DNA of 64,000 bases from the human T2T-CHM13v2.0 reference genome, Homo sapiens, in NCBI RefSeq assembly GCF_009914755.1, contig NC_060945.1; one strand, written 5' to 3'. A program made the position numbers and the translations under genes. The notes under the pieces are model-generated. The model saw nothing but the letters and a program-made list of their open reading frames with translations. It had not been told where the DNA came from and ran no database searches. Below, one piece after another: positions 1-14,049 of the stretch. Each line of letters starts with the position of its first letter. The stretch's first letter is position 1.

Positions 1-140
1 AGGTGAGCAGAGTTGTGTGTGTTTCCCTGCAGGACTCCTCAGGCCTTTAATACGCACATGTGCGCTGTGAACCCCCAGATTCATTTGCACACAGAAGCTA
101 TCCTTCCAGAAATCACCTTTGGGATTAGTACAGTATTCCC

Positions 141-1014
141 TGTAAACCAAAAATAGAATTCTAAGCCCCCCAACTGCCTGAATGGCTCCCCTACTCTTGG
201 CCAAGGGGATCCCAAAGGAACCTGATAAACGAGTTCAGGCCAGGATGGGAAGAGGTAGGGTTGGACATGCCTCATAATACTCTCCTCCCTCTCTGGAGTT
301 TAGGCACAGCTGACCAGCATTAACATGAAAACAGAGATCATAAGACTGGCAGAAAAGACTCTTTGTAGCAATAAGACACCAAATTCCACCCTGACTCTAG
401 TATAGCATCACATGACTGATAGCAGGCCTGGAAAAAAATAAAAGTACTTTACCCCAAAATATATTTCTCTGACATATTTTGAAATGGCCCTGCAAAGCTG
501 TCTCTTAAGGGGGAAATTTGCATTCTGTAGAGAATTCCCTGCCCTTAATAGGTCTTTTACAGAGAGTCTGACACATTTTAAGGTCCCATAAGAGACATTT
601 GCCATCTAGTCTCTCTGAAGCCTGCTATCTGGAGGCTTCATCTACATAACAAAAACCTTGGCTTCCACGATCCCCTTGTCTTAACTCAAGCATCTCTTTC
701 TGCTGACCTCAAACTTTTTAGGCAAAGCTCAGCTCTTTCAACCAATTGCCAATCAGGAAATCTTTGAATCCACCTATAACCTGGAAGCCTCTCACTTTCT
801 GGGTCACACCAATGTATACCTTACATGTATTGATTGATATCTTTGCCTGCAACTTCTGTACCCTAAAATGTATGAAAGCAAAGCTGCACCCCAACCACCT
901 TGGACACATGTTCTCAGGACCTCTTGAGACTGTGTCACAGGCCATGGCCCTTAACCATAGCAAAATAAGCCTCTACATTGATTGAGACCTGTCTCTGATA
1001 TTTTTTGGGTTACA
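141..1014 (+). mobile_element. ERV1 solo LTR, MER4 group
   Basis: Begins TGTAAACCAAAAATAGAATTCTAAGCCCCCCAAC and ends ...GAGACCTGTCTCTGATATTTTTTGGGTTACA, giving TG...CA termini over ~870 bp. Resembles MER4-group consensus as I recall it; subfamily not verified. Confidence 0.75.
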
Positions 1015-2009
1015 CCTCCAAACCAGGAATTGGTGATCCAGGAAAACACTCCATTGTGGGGTGATTTGAGTGGGTGACAGAAGCCCAGGCCAGCCCTCCA
1101 GGAATGGATGCACACTGGCACCAGGGATGCTTGCATAGAGATGGGGTTGGGGGTGTCCTTCTGAACACTCCCACAACAACCGGGCGCCAGCTTGCATCTT
1201 TGCTTGACGTGGCCGTCGCCCGGCTGGCCTGTGAGTGCTGCATGGGCCACGCCTGCATGTGGCTTGCTCACCGTGGGATCCCCAACACTTCTGGAGGTGC
1301 CTGGACCACAGTGGGTGTCCCCAGACAGCCGCAGAACACACAAGGGAATGTGCATTCAACCCTCATCTCCTAAGGAGGCTGTGGCCCACCCTGCTTGGGA
1401 TGGCAATGGAGGGGCCAAGTGTATGAATAACCCCCCAAACCATTAAAACATCAGCGTCCCTCAAACAACTTCTTGAGATGGGGTGTGTGAGGCTCACTAC
1501 ACGTAAGAAACATAATGAATAAAACACAAAGGCCATTACAACCCACTTAATAATTCAGGGACTATGAAGATAGCTGGCGTCTATGAATTAGAAAATAAGG
1601 GAATTCTTCTGGGTGTGGAGGTAGGGGAAGAGGTTTCTGCGTATTCATTCCGCCCCCTGCCATGTGGGTATCTATTGCACCGGGCTGGAGGTCTGGGTCT
1701 CAGGGCTTGGGGAGCTGTTCCTGCACCTCTGCCTGTCCCCACCACCAGGCAACAAGGTCAGTGTGGCCCACCAGGGAACCACACCAGGGCCAGCAGCTCC
1801 AGGCCCCATCTCCCTGACCCCCTGGCCAGACCTCGGGAGATGAGAGAGACCCAGGCCTAGCCAGGGCGGGAGGTGGGGAGGGGTTGGGGGATCATTCAGG
1901 GCACAAGGGGAGGAGGAGAGAGCATTCTGGGGAACGGGGTCTGGGGAGGGAACCAGGACAGAGAGGCATGGTGACAGCTGGAGGTGAGTCTGGCAGGGAC
2001 CCCTCAGAG

Positions 2010-2152
2010 GACAGCAGTGGTGTTTACCCCCACAGTGCGGGCAGCCTGTGGTGAATGACAGCAGTGGGGCTTACACCCACAGTGCGGGCAGCCTGTGGTG
2101 AATGACAGCAGTGGGGCTTACACCCACAGTGCGGGCAGCCTGTGGTGAATGA
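2010..2152. repeat. 47-bp tandem repeat, 3 copies
   Basis: Unit GACAGCAGTGGGGCTTACACCCACAGTGCGGGCAGCCTGTGGTGAAT starts at 2010 (slightly variant), 2057 and 2104. Confidence 0.9.
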
Positions 2153-4842
2153 GTGTGTCTGGGCCTCCCCCGGGGGCTTCGGCACCCGCTTCCCTGTTTC
2201 ACCTTGTCTATCTGAGCATCGGTAGGAAGATGGCAATACCTCTGCTGAATTTCATCCTCTGAAAGGCGGAAACCAAACCCTCAGAGCCAGGTGAAGCCAA
2301 AAAGAAGGGACCCCTGACGGCTAGAAAGAGCGGCCCCAGAGCCGCACCGTGGGATGAGCCAATGGCACGTCCCGGTCGCCGGCCGGGTGTGGTGCTGCCC
2401 GGAGCCACAGAGCTGCCAGGGCTTGCACACGTCTCTGGCCATGACGCATGTTTTGGTCAGGACCAGGCCTGGAATTTGGTTCTCACTTTACTGAGAAACC
2501 TGGCAGCTTCTCAGGCCACCGCCCAGGTCACCTGCTCACCAGCAACGTGAACCACAGGAACGGAGGCTGTGCGGGAGGCGGCTCTGCTCTGTGCTGGGCC
2601 CCCCTCCTCCTCACTCACCCTCTTCAGTCAAAGAAAAAACGAAATGGGGCCGCATAAGAGTAATGCAAAAGTCAACGTTTCTGGATTTTCAAGTTTTCCA
2701 GACAGAGCTGGAAACCTGGGTTTCATGTCAACTCTCCCACGTGGTCAAGAGTTGAAGTCCTGGCCTGGCCACTCATCAGCCTGGGACAAGCTCCAGACTT
2801 GCTCCAATTAGGTTTAAGAGCCTTGACAAATGGTGGTGTTTGCTGGGGACGGAAGTGGTTGGGGGAGGAGGGGCTTTCAGTGAAGATCCGAAGTTCCTGT
2901 GAGATGTATCCAAGGACTGATGCCCGTGAGATGCCAGGACCCTGGGGCTCCGTCGTCCTCAGGCCTGGGCCCACAGGGCTCTGCACCAGACCTTGGAGCC
3001 CCTGGCCCAGCACACCCCACTAGCGGGGCCCCTGACCCTGCCCCACCCAGGCTCAGGACCCACTGACCGTCTGCTGGGGCCAGTCCCTCAGCCACATCTT
3101 CCAGCCCGGCCACCTGGCCCCTGCTCGGGCCAAGCGTTCAGACTACAAAGGTGTTTGCTGTTTGTCTGAAATTCAAACTGAGCCGGGCATTTGTGGTGTC
3201 TTCTCTGTCACCCCATGGAGGACCCCACTGGAGTCTCCGTTCTTAGGATCTGTAGGAGGCCATGACCCAGGCAGCCGCGGCTCACCCCGCATACAGGCAA
3301 AAGGAGAAAGCTCCAGCTCCAGCAACCTGAGTTCACCTTGGCCCTCCTGTGCCCAGAGGCAGGGCTCTTACAGTGAAGGGTCTGTGCCTCTTCCCCAGGC
3401 AGGCGTGTGTCTTCCTCGGCTTCCTGTGGTCCCTGTCTTGTGCTGGGGACCCCTCACAGGCCTGCTGGCCCTGGGATCCGGCTCTAGTTCAGAGGAGGCT
3501 GCCAAAAGGCAACTGGGCTGCTCTGAGCACAGGGTGAATCTAGTCAGGGGATGGGGTTGACAGCTGCTGCCTGGGATGGGGTTGACAGTTGCTGCCTGGG
3601 GTCATCTCTCTGGGGGACCCTCCACCACCAGTGTTGCTGAGTGTTTCACTCCTGGTCCCTCCGCTTTTCCCAAGAGGGATGCTCCAGTACTCCAGGGGTT
3701 TAAACTTGGCTCAAATTGCACCAGCTCCCAGGAGGACCACCAGCATGTGCAGAGGTCACCCTCTGGCTCCAATGGGGGCTCTTGTCGCCCCGCCACCCTG
3801 CCCGCACTCTGCGGTCACCTCTTCAGAGTGACCACCCCCTCTGTTGGAGTGGGCAAAGGAGACGTTGTCCTGGGGCAAGGGGTAAAGGAGACTATCTGGC
3901 CTCCTTGCGAAGTGGCCTGCGGCCCCCGCCCACCCAAGCTCCTGAGCAGTGGGTGGTGTGCGAGTCTTGCCCTGGGAGGACCCTGCTCCACCCCAGGCAA
4001 GGACCTAGCACCCCCAGCCAGGACATCCGCCTCACCTTCCCGTCCACAGAGCAGCTTCTCCAACACCATCCGCTCTTCCTGGGCCATCCTCCTGTCTCCC
4101 TCCTTCTGTGCCGATTTCTGCCTTTCGAGGCCCTGTCTGTGATTTTATAGAGTTTGGGAGAGGAGTGGGAGAGGAGCGAGAGAGGAGCAGAGAGGGAACC
4201 GGGCATTTGGGTTTTGCTGGGAGCACATGGCCGGCTCCCTTCTTTCTGCTATGTCCATCTGTTCCCTCATGGGACACACAAGCACCTTCCTGATGCCTGG
4301 GGCAGAGGTGGCTGGAGGTGGCCAGGGTTTCAGCCAGGGTCATGTGCCCATGGTGGCTGGTGAGGAGCGGTGTCTCACAGTGACCCTCCCATGCAGCAAG
4401 GGCCCCACTGTCTATGGTGGCACCTCCACAGCCGTGCATCTGACCCCTGGCCTCAGCACACATCCTGGCCATCCACATGCTCAGGGGTGCTGGGTCTCCC
4501 GCTGTGTCCCCGGGCCTAGAGCTCATGATGCTCGCAATAACGTATGAATGGGAGGAGTGAATTGGAGCCGGGGTCAGCCCAGAAGCCGGGACTGACCACC
4601 TGGAGATCAGGTTATAAAGCCACCACACAGGGATGTCATCTGAGTGTCCACTGACTCCTGGTGAGTGTTCCCACTGCCCCCGAGGCACCCTTTGTGGTCT
4701 CTGTCACAGAGAATCCAGCCTGCTCCGGGGGTGATGAAGCTGAGTTTGGGGAATGCTGTAGCCACTGTGGGCTGTCCTGGGCCTCTGGCTGGGCCCAGCG
4801 TCCTAAGCCCCACCACGCAGGGCACGTGACGTGCATTGGGTT

Positions 4843-5060
4843 GTGTCTCAGTCTGGTTTGTTTGGCTATAAAGGAATACCTGAGACTGGGCAATTTATAA
4901 GGAAAAGAGGTTTATTGAGCCCGCAGTGCTGCAGGCTGAGAAGTTCAAGGGTGTGGCCCTGACTCCCACTGAGGGCTTCCCAGCTGTGTCACACCACGGT
5001 GGAGAAGCTCAAAAGGGGAGAGGACACCTGCCAAGAGGGGAGATCCCGAGGGCCCAGGCC
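4843..5060. mobile_element. MaLR (MST-like) LTR fragment
   Basis: GCTATAAAGGAATACCTGAGACTGGGCAATTTATAAGGAAAAGAGGTTTATT is typical MST/THE1 LTR sequence. End coordinate approximate. Confidence 0.65.
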
Positions 5061-6282
5061 CCAAGCACCCTCTGTCTTTAGGGTCACCCTTTCAGGCAGG
5101 GTGGGGACCCCTGGGGAGGGCCGCCCACCGACCGTCCACCTTAGGGCCAGTCTCAGCCCCATGCACGATCCTCAGCATTGATTCGTACTGGTGGCTTGGA
5201 GACTGAGCTTGCGTCTAGTGAAGGGTCCTGTGTAGGCGGCCGACTCCCAGGCCCCACGCCCAGCTGGGGAGATGAGGAATGGAGGCTGCCATGGGTGTCT
5301 TCAGGGACTAGCCTGGCAAACCTGCACACTGTGCCACATGGCGCTCACAGCGCCTGGCACAGGCATCACCGCCTCCCACAGAGGCACTGAGGTCAGCGGG
5401 ATTAGGCTCCATCCAGGTCAGAGGGAGAGGGGGCAGAGGCAGCTGGAACCCCCCGAGCCATGCCTCTCGAGGTCACGAGCTTTCAGCCCCCAACATAGAG
5501 AAGAGAGGCCTCCCCAACTCGTCCCCCATGCCAAAGGCCTCCAGGTGCTGGGAGAGTGACCGGGGGTGAGCCCAGGCCCCTAGACTTCCTCACTATCATG
5601 GTTGGTTGGTGCCGAGCCCTGGGTACCTGGCCCTGGTGCCAGTAAGGGCAGGAAGCCCACGGGCCTTGCCTGGACTCTGAGGAGGGGCCCTCCGCATCAA
5701 CAGCTCCCCAGCCCCACAAGCTTCACTGGCTCCTCCATAACCCACTGTCATCTGCCCACCTCCTGCAGGGATGAGGCACCTGCGGGCCCTTCCCTCCGCT
5801 CTGTCACCCAGTCCCCATCGGAGCCCACCGGCTCAGCCCGCCTGCCTCCTCTGAGCTCTGCAGGCAGATCTGCCCTGCCCCCTACTCCACCTGCATGCTC
5901 CCAGGGCCTCCTTGGGAAAGCCCCACCTCGCAGCTCCCTGTGCACCTCCTGTATGGTAGGATTGTTGGGGTTCTTGTCCCTCCCTTTCCCTGAGGGTAGG
6001 GAATGTGTTTACATCATTCCGAGACTCCTGTCCCAGCAGGAGGTCAGGGACACACCCCAGGCCCCTGCAGGTGCTGCGAGCGAATACAGGAGGGGCTCAG
6101 GTCAGCAGGCTCCGCACAGCAACCAACCCAGGATCACGGGAAGGGTGTCCATGGACCCCTTGCCTCAGTTTCCATGTGCATAAGAGACTGAGGTAGCCAA
6201 TGAACGCTCAGGGCCCCTTCTAAGTCCCGCCAGTGGCAACAGGGTGATGGGTGTTATTCAAGTCATCATCTCCACTATGTAA

Positions 6283-6830
<548 letters not shown>

Positions 6831-7103
6831 TGAGAGGGCCCTTTCTTAGGATCACCGCTGCCAGAGGACACAGCCATGGCAGCCATCAGGCCTGCTGCAA
6901 ACAGAGCTGGCACTGAAGGTTTTCAAGCCCTCCCATGACAGAGTGCACAGTGGTCGAGGGTTCAGGTCACCCCCACCAACCTTGGGGCCAGAGGGGATGG
7001 CCTGACAGCCACCCCCAGACCTGGCCGCAGGATTCTGGCAGCAGCCTCTCCTCAGTGAAACCAGCAGACGAGCCAAGGGCCGTCCCAGTCACCAGCAGTT
7101 TTG

Positions 7104-7669
7104 GGTCCCATGCACACTTGGGTCCCTTGTGCACCTGTTGGGGAGGGGCATGCACAACTGAGTCCCATGCATACCTGGGTTCCATGCACACCTAAGTCCC
7201 ATGCACATCTGAGTCCCATGCACACCTGGGTCCCATGCACACCGGGGTTCCATGCACACCTAAGTCCCATGCACACCTGGGTCCCATGCACACATGCACA
7301 CCTGGGTCCCATGCACACCTGGGTTCCATGCACACCTAAGTCCCATGCATACCTGGGTCCCATGCATACCTGGGTTCCATGCACACCTAAGTCCCATGCA
7401 CAACTGGGTCCCATGCACACCTGGGTCCCATGCATACCTGGGTTCCATGCACACATGCACACCTGGGTCCCAAGCACACATGCACACCTGGGTCCCATGC
7501 ACACCTGGGTTCCATGCACACATACACACCTGGATCCTATGGACACCTGGGTCCCAGGTGCACCTAAGTCCCATGCACACCTGGGTCCCAGGCACACCTG
7601 AGTCCCATGCACACATGCACACCTGGGTTCCAGGCACACATGCACACCTGGGTCCCAGGCACACCTGGG
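7104..7669. repeat. Minisatellite, ~17-bp unit CATGCACACCTGGGTCC with variants
   Basis: About 30 tandem units, including CATGCACACCTAAGTCC, CATGCATACCTGGGTTC and 8-bp CATGCACA inserts. Confidence 0.95.
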
Positions 7670-9647
7670 CAAGCTGCTGGCTGCAGTGCAGGCAGTGATG
7701 ACAATTCTCCTAACCAAAGACCCGCTGGCACCAGCCTCGTACTTGATGATCCTTCAACTCTTTGCTGAGCACCTTCCATGCACGGCCCTCGGGGGAAAAG
7801 CCCTTGATGGAAGGGAGGTGGGCGCTAGAGACACAGGTGAGGAAGCCAAGCCTGTTCAGTAGCGATGGAGCTACAGGGAAAATAAAGCGGGAGCCCTGGG
7901 CATGGTGGTTTAAATAGGGAGGTCCTGCAGGAAGGTCCTGACATGCTGCTTTTGGGCAAAGACCTTCAGGCTTGGAGTGGCATGAAGCCTGGGGTCTGCA
8001 CGTCGGGGAGCTGCTGCCTCTGAGACAGACCCCAAGCAGAATCAGATTCGGGGTCCCAGATCCCCAACCCGCCACTGACGGTGACTCCCAGGCCAGGAGT
8101 GAAACCCACGCTCTCATTGCCTTGATTTCTCAGGGGGCTTCATGAATATTTTGGTGTCTGGGGCACCTGTGGACAGTGGAGGAGGGGTGAGGTTGGCCCT
8201 GTGTGAGGAGGAGTCCAGGAGAAACCTGCGGTTACGCAGCCACCTTGGCCTGCCTGACAGTCAGGTTCCGCCTGAGGCCACAGTGAGATTGTGGTACGGG
8301 ACCTTCCTGCTCGGTGATCCTCTGGAGGTCAGCTAGATGTCCTCTAGAAAGTCCGGCAAGGCCTGGAGTTGAGTGGCCCTGGCTAGTGTCCCAGGACCGG
8401 CCCGGGCCTCCCGTGGAGGAAAGGGTGTCCAGGAGGGGAGTCGGGGCAGGGACATACAGGGCATCTCCGACCTGGAGGAGGTCCCCCCGCTGCAGAGGTC
8501 TCTGGGGATGAAAGCGGGGAGTCCCTGTCTTGACCACACCTGAACCCTACAGGAGGCTTCAAGGGCAGGTGGGCGGTGGGCTGAGGGGGTGCTGAGTCTT
8601 TGGCCTCTGAGGCGGTGCCCCATCTGTGCGGCACTGGGGGGCTTCAGATCAGCCTCCTGGCAGCCCTCCCTGCTGACCCCTCAAAGCTGTCCAACCTCGG
8701 GGGTGGGGGTCCCGAGCCCCCTTCTCTAGAAGCCCCTTGGCCCTTCCTGGACTGAGGAGCAACTTGCGGCTCTCCCGGCCCTGCCCTGTGTGTGACGGGA
8801 GGGGGACTTTGCCTCAGTTTTGTGCAGGATGGGTCACACCTGCGTCCAGAGAGAATGGGGCTGAGCTCTGCCCCGTTGACAATTATGCCCCAAAAGGACG
8901 CTGAGAATGTGCGAGTGTCTCTCCTAAAAGTGCTACCCTTTCCCTCGGCCGGGAGGGAGGGGGGCAGGCCAGGACTTGGAGGTACCGTGTGGGCAAGAGG
9001 GTTGTTGTCATAGCTCCTGGGTGGCGGGAGCAGGAAAGCTGGAGCCCAGTAGGAAGCAGTCCCCAGGTTCCCACCGGCTGATTCTAGGGTGAGGGCGAGT
9101 GGGCGCAGAGGAAGTGCCAGCCCTTCTGGGGAGCCCCCGAGGCTGTAGCAGGGCCAGCTGGAAACCACCCCTCAGTGAACACACAGCCTGTGCCTTCTGG
9201 GGCTGGGAGGTCAGGGCACCTCTGCCCAGAGGGCTCCTAAGCTGCCTGGGGAGCATCTCCTGCTGGTCACGAAACCCCAGGGAGCCCTGGGCCCCACCCG
9301 GCAGGCACAGAGAGCGCTTTGCCACCCAAGACCGAGTTGTCTCCTTCTAACACCACGGTGCACCCCCAGAGGCTGCAGTCAGGAGGGGACAGGGCAGAGG
9401 TGTTGTCCCCAAGCACCCTTGCTCCACAGGGCTGGAAAAGAACAGAACTGTCTGGAGTTACTGGTAGTTGCCTTGAGGGGCGATGAGGGAGGGCACATCG
9501 CCTGCCCTGTGGCAGAGAAGAGGCAGGCGCCGGGGCCTTCTGGAAGGCGGTGGGGGTCTCGTTAACCCTCCCAGAAGCAGCAGCTTTCCCACTGTGCAAG
9601 TACAGGCCCCCCAGGACCTGCCAGAGGCACCAAAACCACGGGTCTCC

Positions 9648-9757
9648 GTGTGTGTGTGTGTGCATGCTGTGTGCACGTGTATGCATGTGTGTGCCTACGT
9701 GTGTGCCTGTGTGTGCCTATGTGTGCTATGTGCATGTGTGTGGTGTGTGCCTGTGTA
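9648..9757. repeat. Degenerate (TG)n simple repeat
   Basis: TG-alternating tract with GC/AT interruptions. Confidence 0.85.
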
Positions 9758-10859
9758 CAGGCCTGTCCCTTAGCAATTGTTGCAGGCCCCATTCCCCCGG
9801 GAGACAAGCACTCCTCCCTGCAGCTGTCACCTCACACCCCAGGGCCAGCAGGATGTCTCAGCCCCCTCACCACCCTGCTTCGGTCTCCCGGTCTGTCAAC
9901 TGGGGCCATTCGATGAGCCTCACCTGAGGTCTCTGCAGACGGCCTGTCCAGGTGGCAGGTGACGAATGCCCGGACACTGGTGGAATCCTATTCCCGGCCC
10001 TCCCAGGACTCACTCCAACTCCACAGGCCTTGGGTTGGGGCCCAGACACCTGCCCCTCCTCAAGCTTTCAGGGAAGCTGAGGCGGCCTGGTCTTTGCAGG
10101 CAGGTGCAGTGCCATAGTGCACAGCACCCCACCATGACCAGCAGCTGAAACCCCCTTTCCAGCCGCCAAGGCCACCCCACCCGACTTCTCACGGTGTGGC
10201 CTCCTGCGGTGTTTCGGTTTTGTGTAAATGGGGTCCCCGCTGCCCCCTCCCATGCTCCTGCACTGGGCCATGCCGAGCAGTGTGTGGTCAGGGCTGTCCC
10301 GCCTGGGTGGGTGTTTGGGGGTTTCCGGTGTGGGCTGTGTGGGCCGGAGCTGCCGAGAGCGGGCTTCTGATTTCTGGTTCACGGATGTGCTGCCGGGCCC
10401 CAAGGGTGTGTTAGTTCTGCGTTAGCCAAAGCACCAAGACGATGATGTCCCCAGCCGGACTAAGAAGCACGGGGAATGGGTGTCCATAAAGAAGGAGCCG
10501 TGCCTGGGCAGAGGGCTGTGCTCGCCCAAGGACAGCGACCCGCGCTCCCCACTTCCTCTCTGGGGACTGGGGGTGGAGGTGCCCCAGAGGCCCCACCAAA
10601 GGCAGCCTGAACGGGCCTCCTGAGCCAATGCAGGGCCCCAGGATACTGCTCGGCAGGGCCCTGGAATCGCTTCCCCAGCCCGCCTGCACTTGGCCAGACA
10701 AACTGTGTGTTCGTTTGCCTGTTTGTGTGCTTTTGTGGGTGCCAAGCTAGAAGCCACTGAATCTGATCTGTCCCAAGCCACTTGAGCAGCCATTCCTGAC
10801 ACGCGCCACACTGGGCACTGCCCTGGACACCTGCGGGGTCAGAAAGGAGGAACCAGACG

Positions 10860-11045
10860 CCCGGACCTGCCCCCTAGACCCATGGCCTGGCCCGAGGGAG
10901 AGGTGCATGGCTGGCACAGATGCACGGACCTGCCCCCTGGACCTATGGCCTGGCCAGAGGGAGAGGTGCACGGCTGGCACGGACACACAGACTTGCCCCC
11001 TGGACCCATGGCCTGGCCCGAGGGAGAAGTGCACGGCTCGCATGG
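10860..11045. repeat. 63-bp tandem repeat, ~3 copies
   Basis: GAC(C/T)TGCCCCCT(A/G)GACC(C/T)ATGGCCTGGCC(C/A)GAGGGAGA(G/A)GTGCA recurs at 10864, 10927 and 10990. Confidence 0.9.
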
Positions 11046-13105
11046 AAGGCCACACATTCCCATCTTGAGGGCAAAGACACCAGGTGTGTGGCAAGGCAGG
11101 TGGTCACTCGAGGACACTGCAGAAGCTGCCGGCACTCCCTGGGGCCCTATAAGCAGAAACCCTGCCCAGGGACCTCCTATGGGCTCCAGCTCACATTAAT
11201 TTCTAGACAGTTCCATTGCGGCTTCGGTGCTTGGTTGGTTTGTCTCCCTGTGGTGAGCACTTTGCCCAGCACTGGAGAAGTTCATGGGCCACTCGCACCT
11301 GCCTCTGCTCGCTGAAGGCCTTTTTCCCCAGAGGAAGAGACGCCTCGCTCTCCACAGCTTTCCACTTCAGAGGTCCTTGGAGACTCCACAGGAAATCCCA
11401 CCAGGAATTTGGGGGTGGAGGCAGCTCTGTTCCCCTGCACCCCAGCTCTGGGCCAGCCCCTTGGCAAGGCCCCTTGGGGGACCCACGTAGAGGGCAGGGG
11501 GACCAGGAGCACCCAGCGTCCCAGAGCAGCCCCTCCTCTGGAGAAGCCATGACTGGCTGAAGTTAAGGGGCCTTAAGAAAACAAGCTCTGTGGACCTTAA
11601 ATGTTTGCTGCTGTCCGAGAGGAGAGTGGAGCACCAGAAGCCATAGACGTCGGTCGGGAGGAGCTGGGTGTCCCTCCCCAGCCCCAAGCCACCAGGGATG
11701 CCGAGGAGAACACAGGCTAGGAGAAGCCCCCTCCCCACCCTCTGCCTGGCTCCAGCTTCCGGGAGACGCCCACCCCCTCTTCTCTCCTTCTCCTTCCATC
11801 CTTCCGGAGGCTTCCCGGACTTCCCTGCTCTACCACACACACTGTTGGCCAAAATTTACTTTTAAGTATTGATAGAAAAGTCTCTTACTGATAGTATCGT
11901 GTGTATTTTTGGGATAATTGAATTCCGCGAGGTGCTTTGTTTTGTTTTTACATGAGCTAGTGGGTCTGGAAGAACCTTCCACAGAGGAGCCCCCGGCTCT
12001 GCTCCCAAGCCCTGTCTCTTCCTAACTCCTCGGACTTGAAACTGCCCGGACACGACCTCTGACCCTGCAGGTGTGCAGGGGCAGTTTCCCGGAAGCCATT
12101 CCTGTTCTGGACAGCTGTGAGGTACCCATAAGTGACCATGAGCCATCTGCACAGTCATCCCATAACCCCAACTAGATACAGTTTGGGTATCTGTGCCCCC
12201 CAAACTGTGCCAACAAGGGGAGGGTGCCTGGGGTGGGGAGAGAGGCTGCCGGGTAGAGAGCGTCAGGTGGGAAACAGGACTGGGCTACACACTTTTGTGG
12301 AGTTTGCACCACTCACACCACTCACACCAGCTGCCAGAACACTTCCTGTCCAGGGCCCAGCGCCTCTGGCAGGTGGGAGCCCCATTCAGTGACCGTGGCC
12401 CCGCCCCCCTCCCCCGAGCCTCCAAAGAAAGGAGCCGTTGTTTATCCAGCAACAAGCCGTGTGGATAGTGAGGATCCCGGGAGGGGACAAGGAGCAACTG
12501 AACACTGGCTCCATGGGACAAAGGCACCGGCTCTCAGTCTCCAGAGTGTGGTCCCCTGGCTTGTTGAGAAACCCCGCGGGACTGGGGAGGGGGAAGGGGG
12601 CAGGGGGCAGAGCAGGTGTGACTAGGACCCAATAGCCAGCGTATGTGTGGCTGGTGCAGTGCTACTTCCGTCCCCCTCCTGAGCCCCCCTTGAATCAAAT
12701 GGCACCGTCACCCCTGCAGAGCGCGAGAAGCCACCCGCCCGGGAGCTGCTAAACGTCATTAAGTCCCTACGGTGACGGTGACGCAGGCACTGAAAGCTCT
12801 GAGAAATAGGCCGGCAGAGGGAGGGAGGGAGGGATCCAGGATGCCAGGCCTTTGTGTCCCCGTCACGCCAGGCTCAGGGACGTCGGGGACATCGTCTGAG
12901 CCAGGAAAGAAGGAGGCTGGGGGCTGGGCCCAGGGCAGGGGCCCTGTGTGTATAGGAAGGGAAGCCCCGGGCAGGGAGCCCAGCCCTCCGAACGCAGCCT
13001 GCTAAGGGCACCGGGAATTAAGACGTGAAAGGCACACAGCAGAACGCGCGTGGGCCTCGAAAGGCTCCCTCGGAGCTCTTCATGGGCTGGCCCCAGGAGT
13101 GTTAG

Positions 13106-13627
<522 letters not shown>

Positions 13628-14049
13628 AAGGCCAATTTTTAGATACCCATTTTAGACACCCATCCCAGGCTGTGTTCAGGAAAAAGTGAGGTGGGGTGTC
13701 AGGAGCTGTGTGAGCCTTGTGGTGCTGAGTGGCCATGGGCAAGCCCCTGCCCTCTGGGCCTCGGCTGGGACACAGGTGTCCCTCCCCTGGCTGGAATCAT
13801 GCCCAGCATGGGCCCATCCGGCTCCGCCCTGCCCCCCGGCCTCACCTGAGCTCACCACACACAGGCCCATCAGGGAAGCGGGACTGGGCACTCCCTGGCA
13901 CCCCCGAGAGCCGGGGCCAGGCAGAGAGGCCACACAGGCCCACCTGTGCCCAGGTAGGCAGGTCCCGTAGAACCTGGACAGGTGCATGACCTGGGCAGGG
14001 GTGACAGCAGAAACACAGCTCCTCATTAAAGAGAAAACCTCATCCTGGA

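Noticed and set aside
7052-7717. Overlapping 134-221-aa ORFs with repetitive translations
   Set aside because: Produced by the 17-bp minisatellite and open on both strands; no gene structure.
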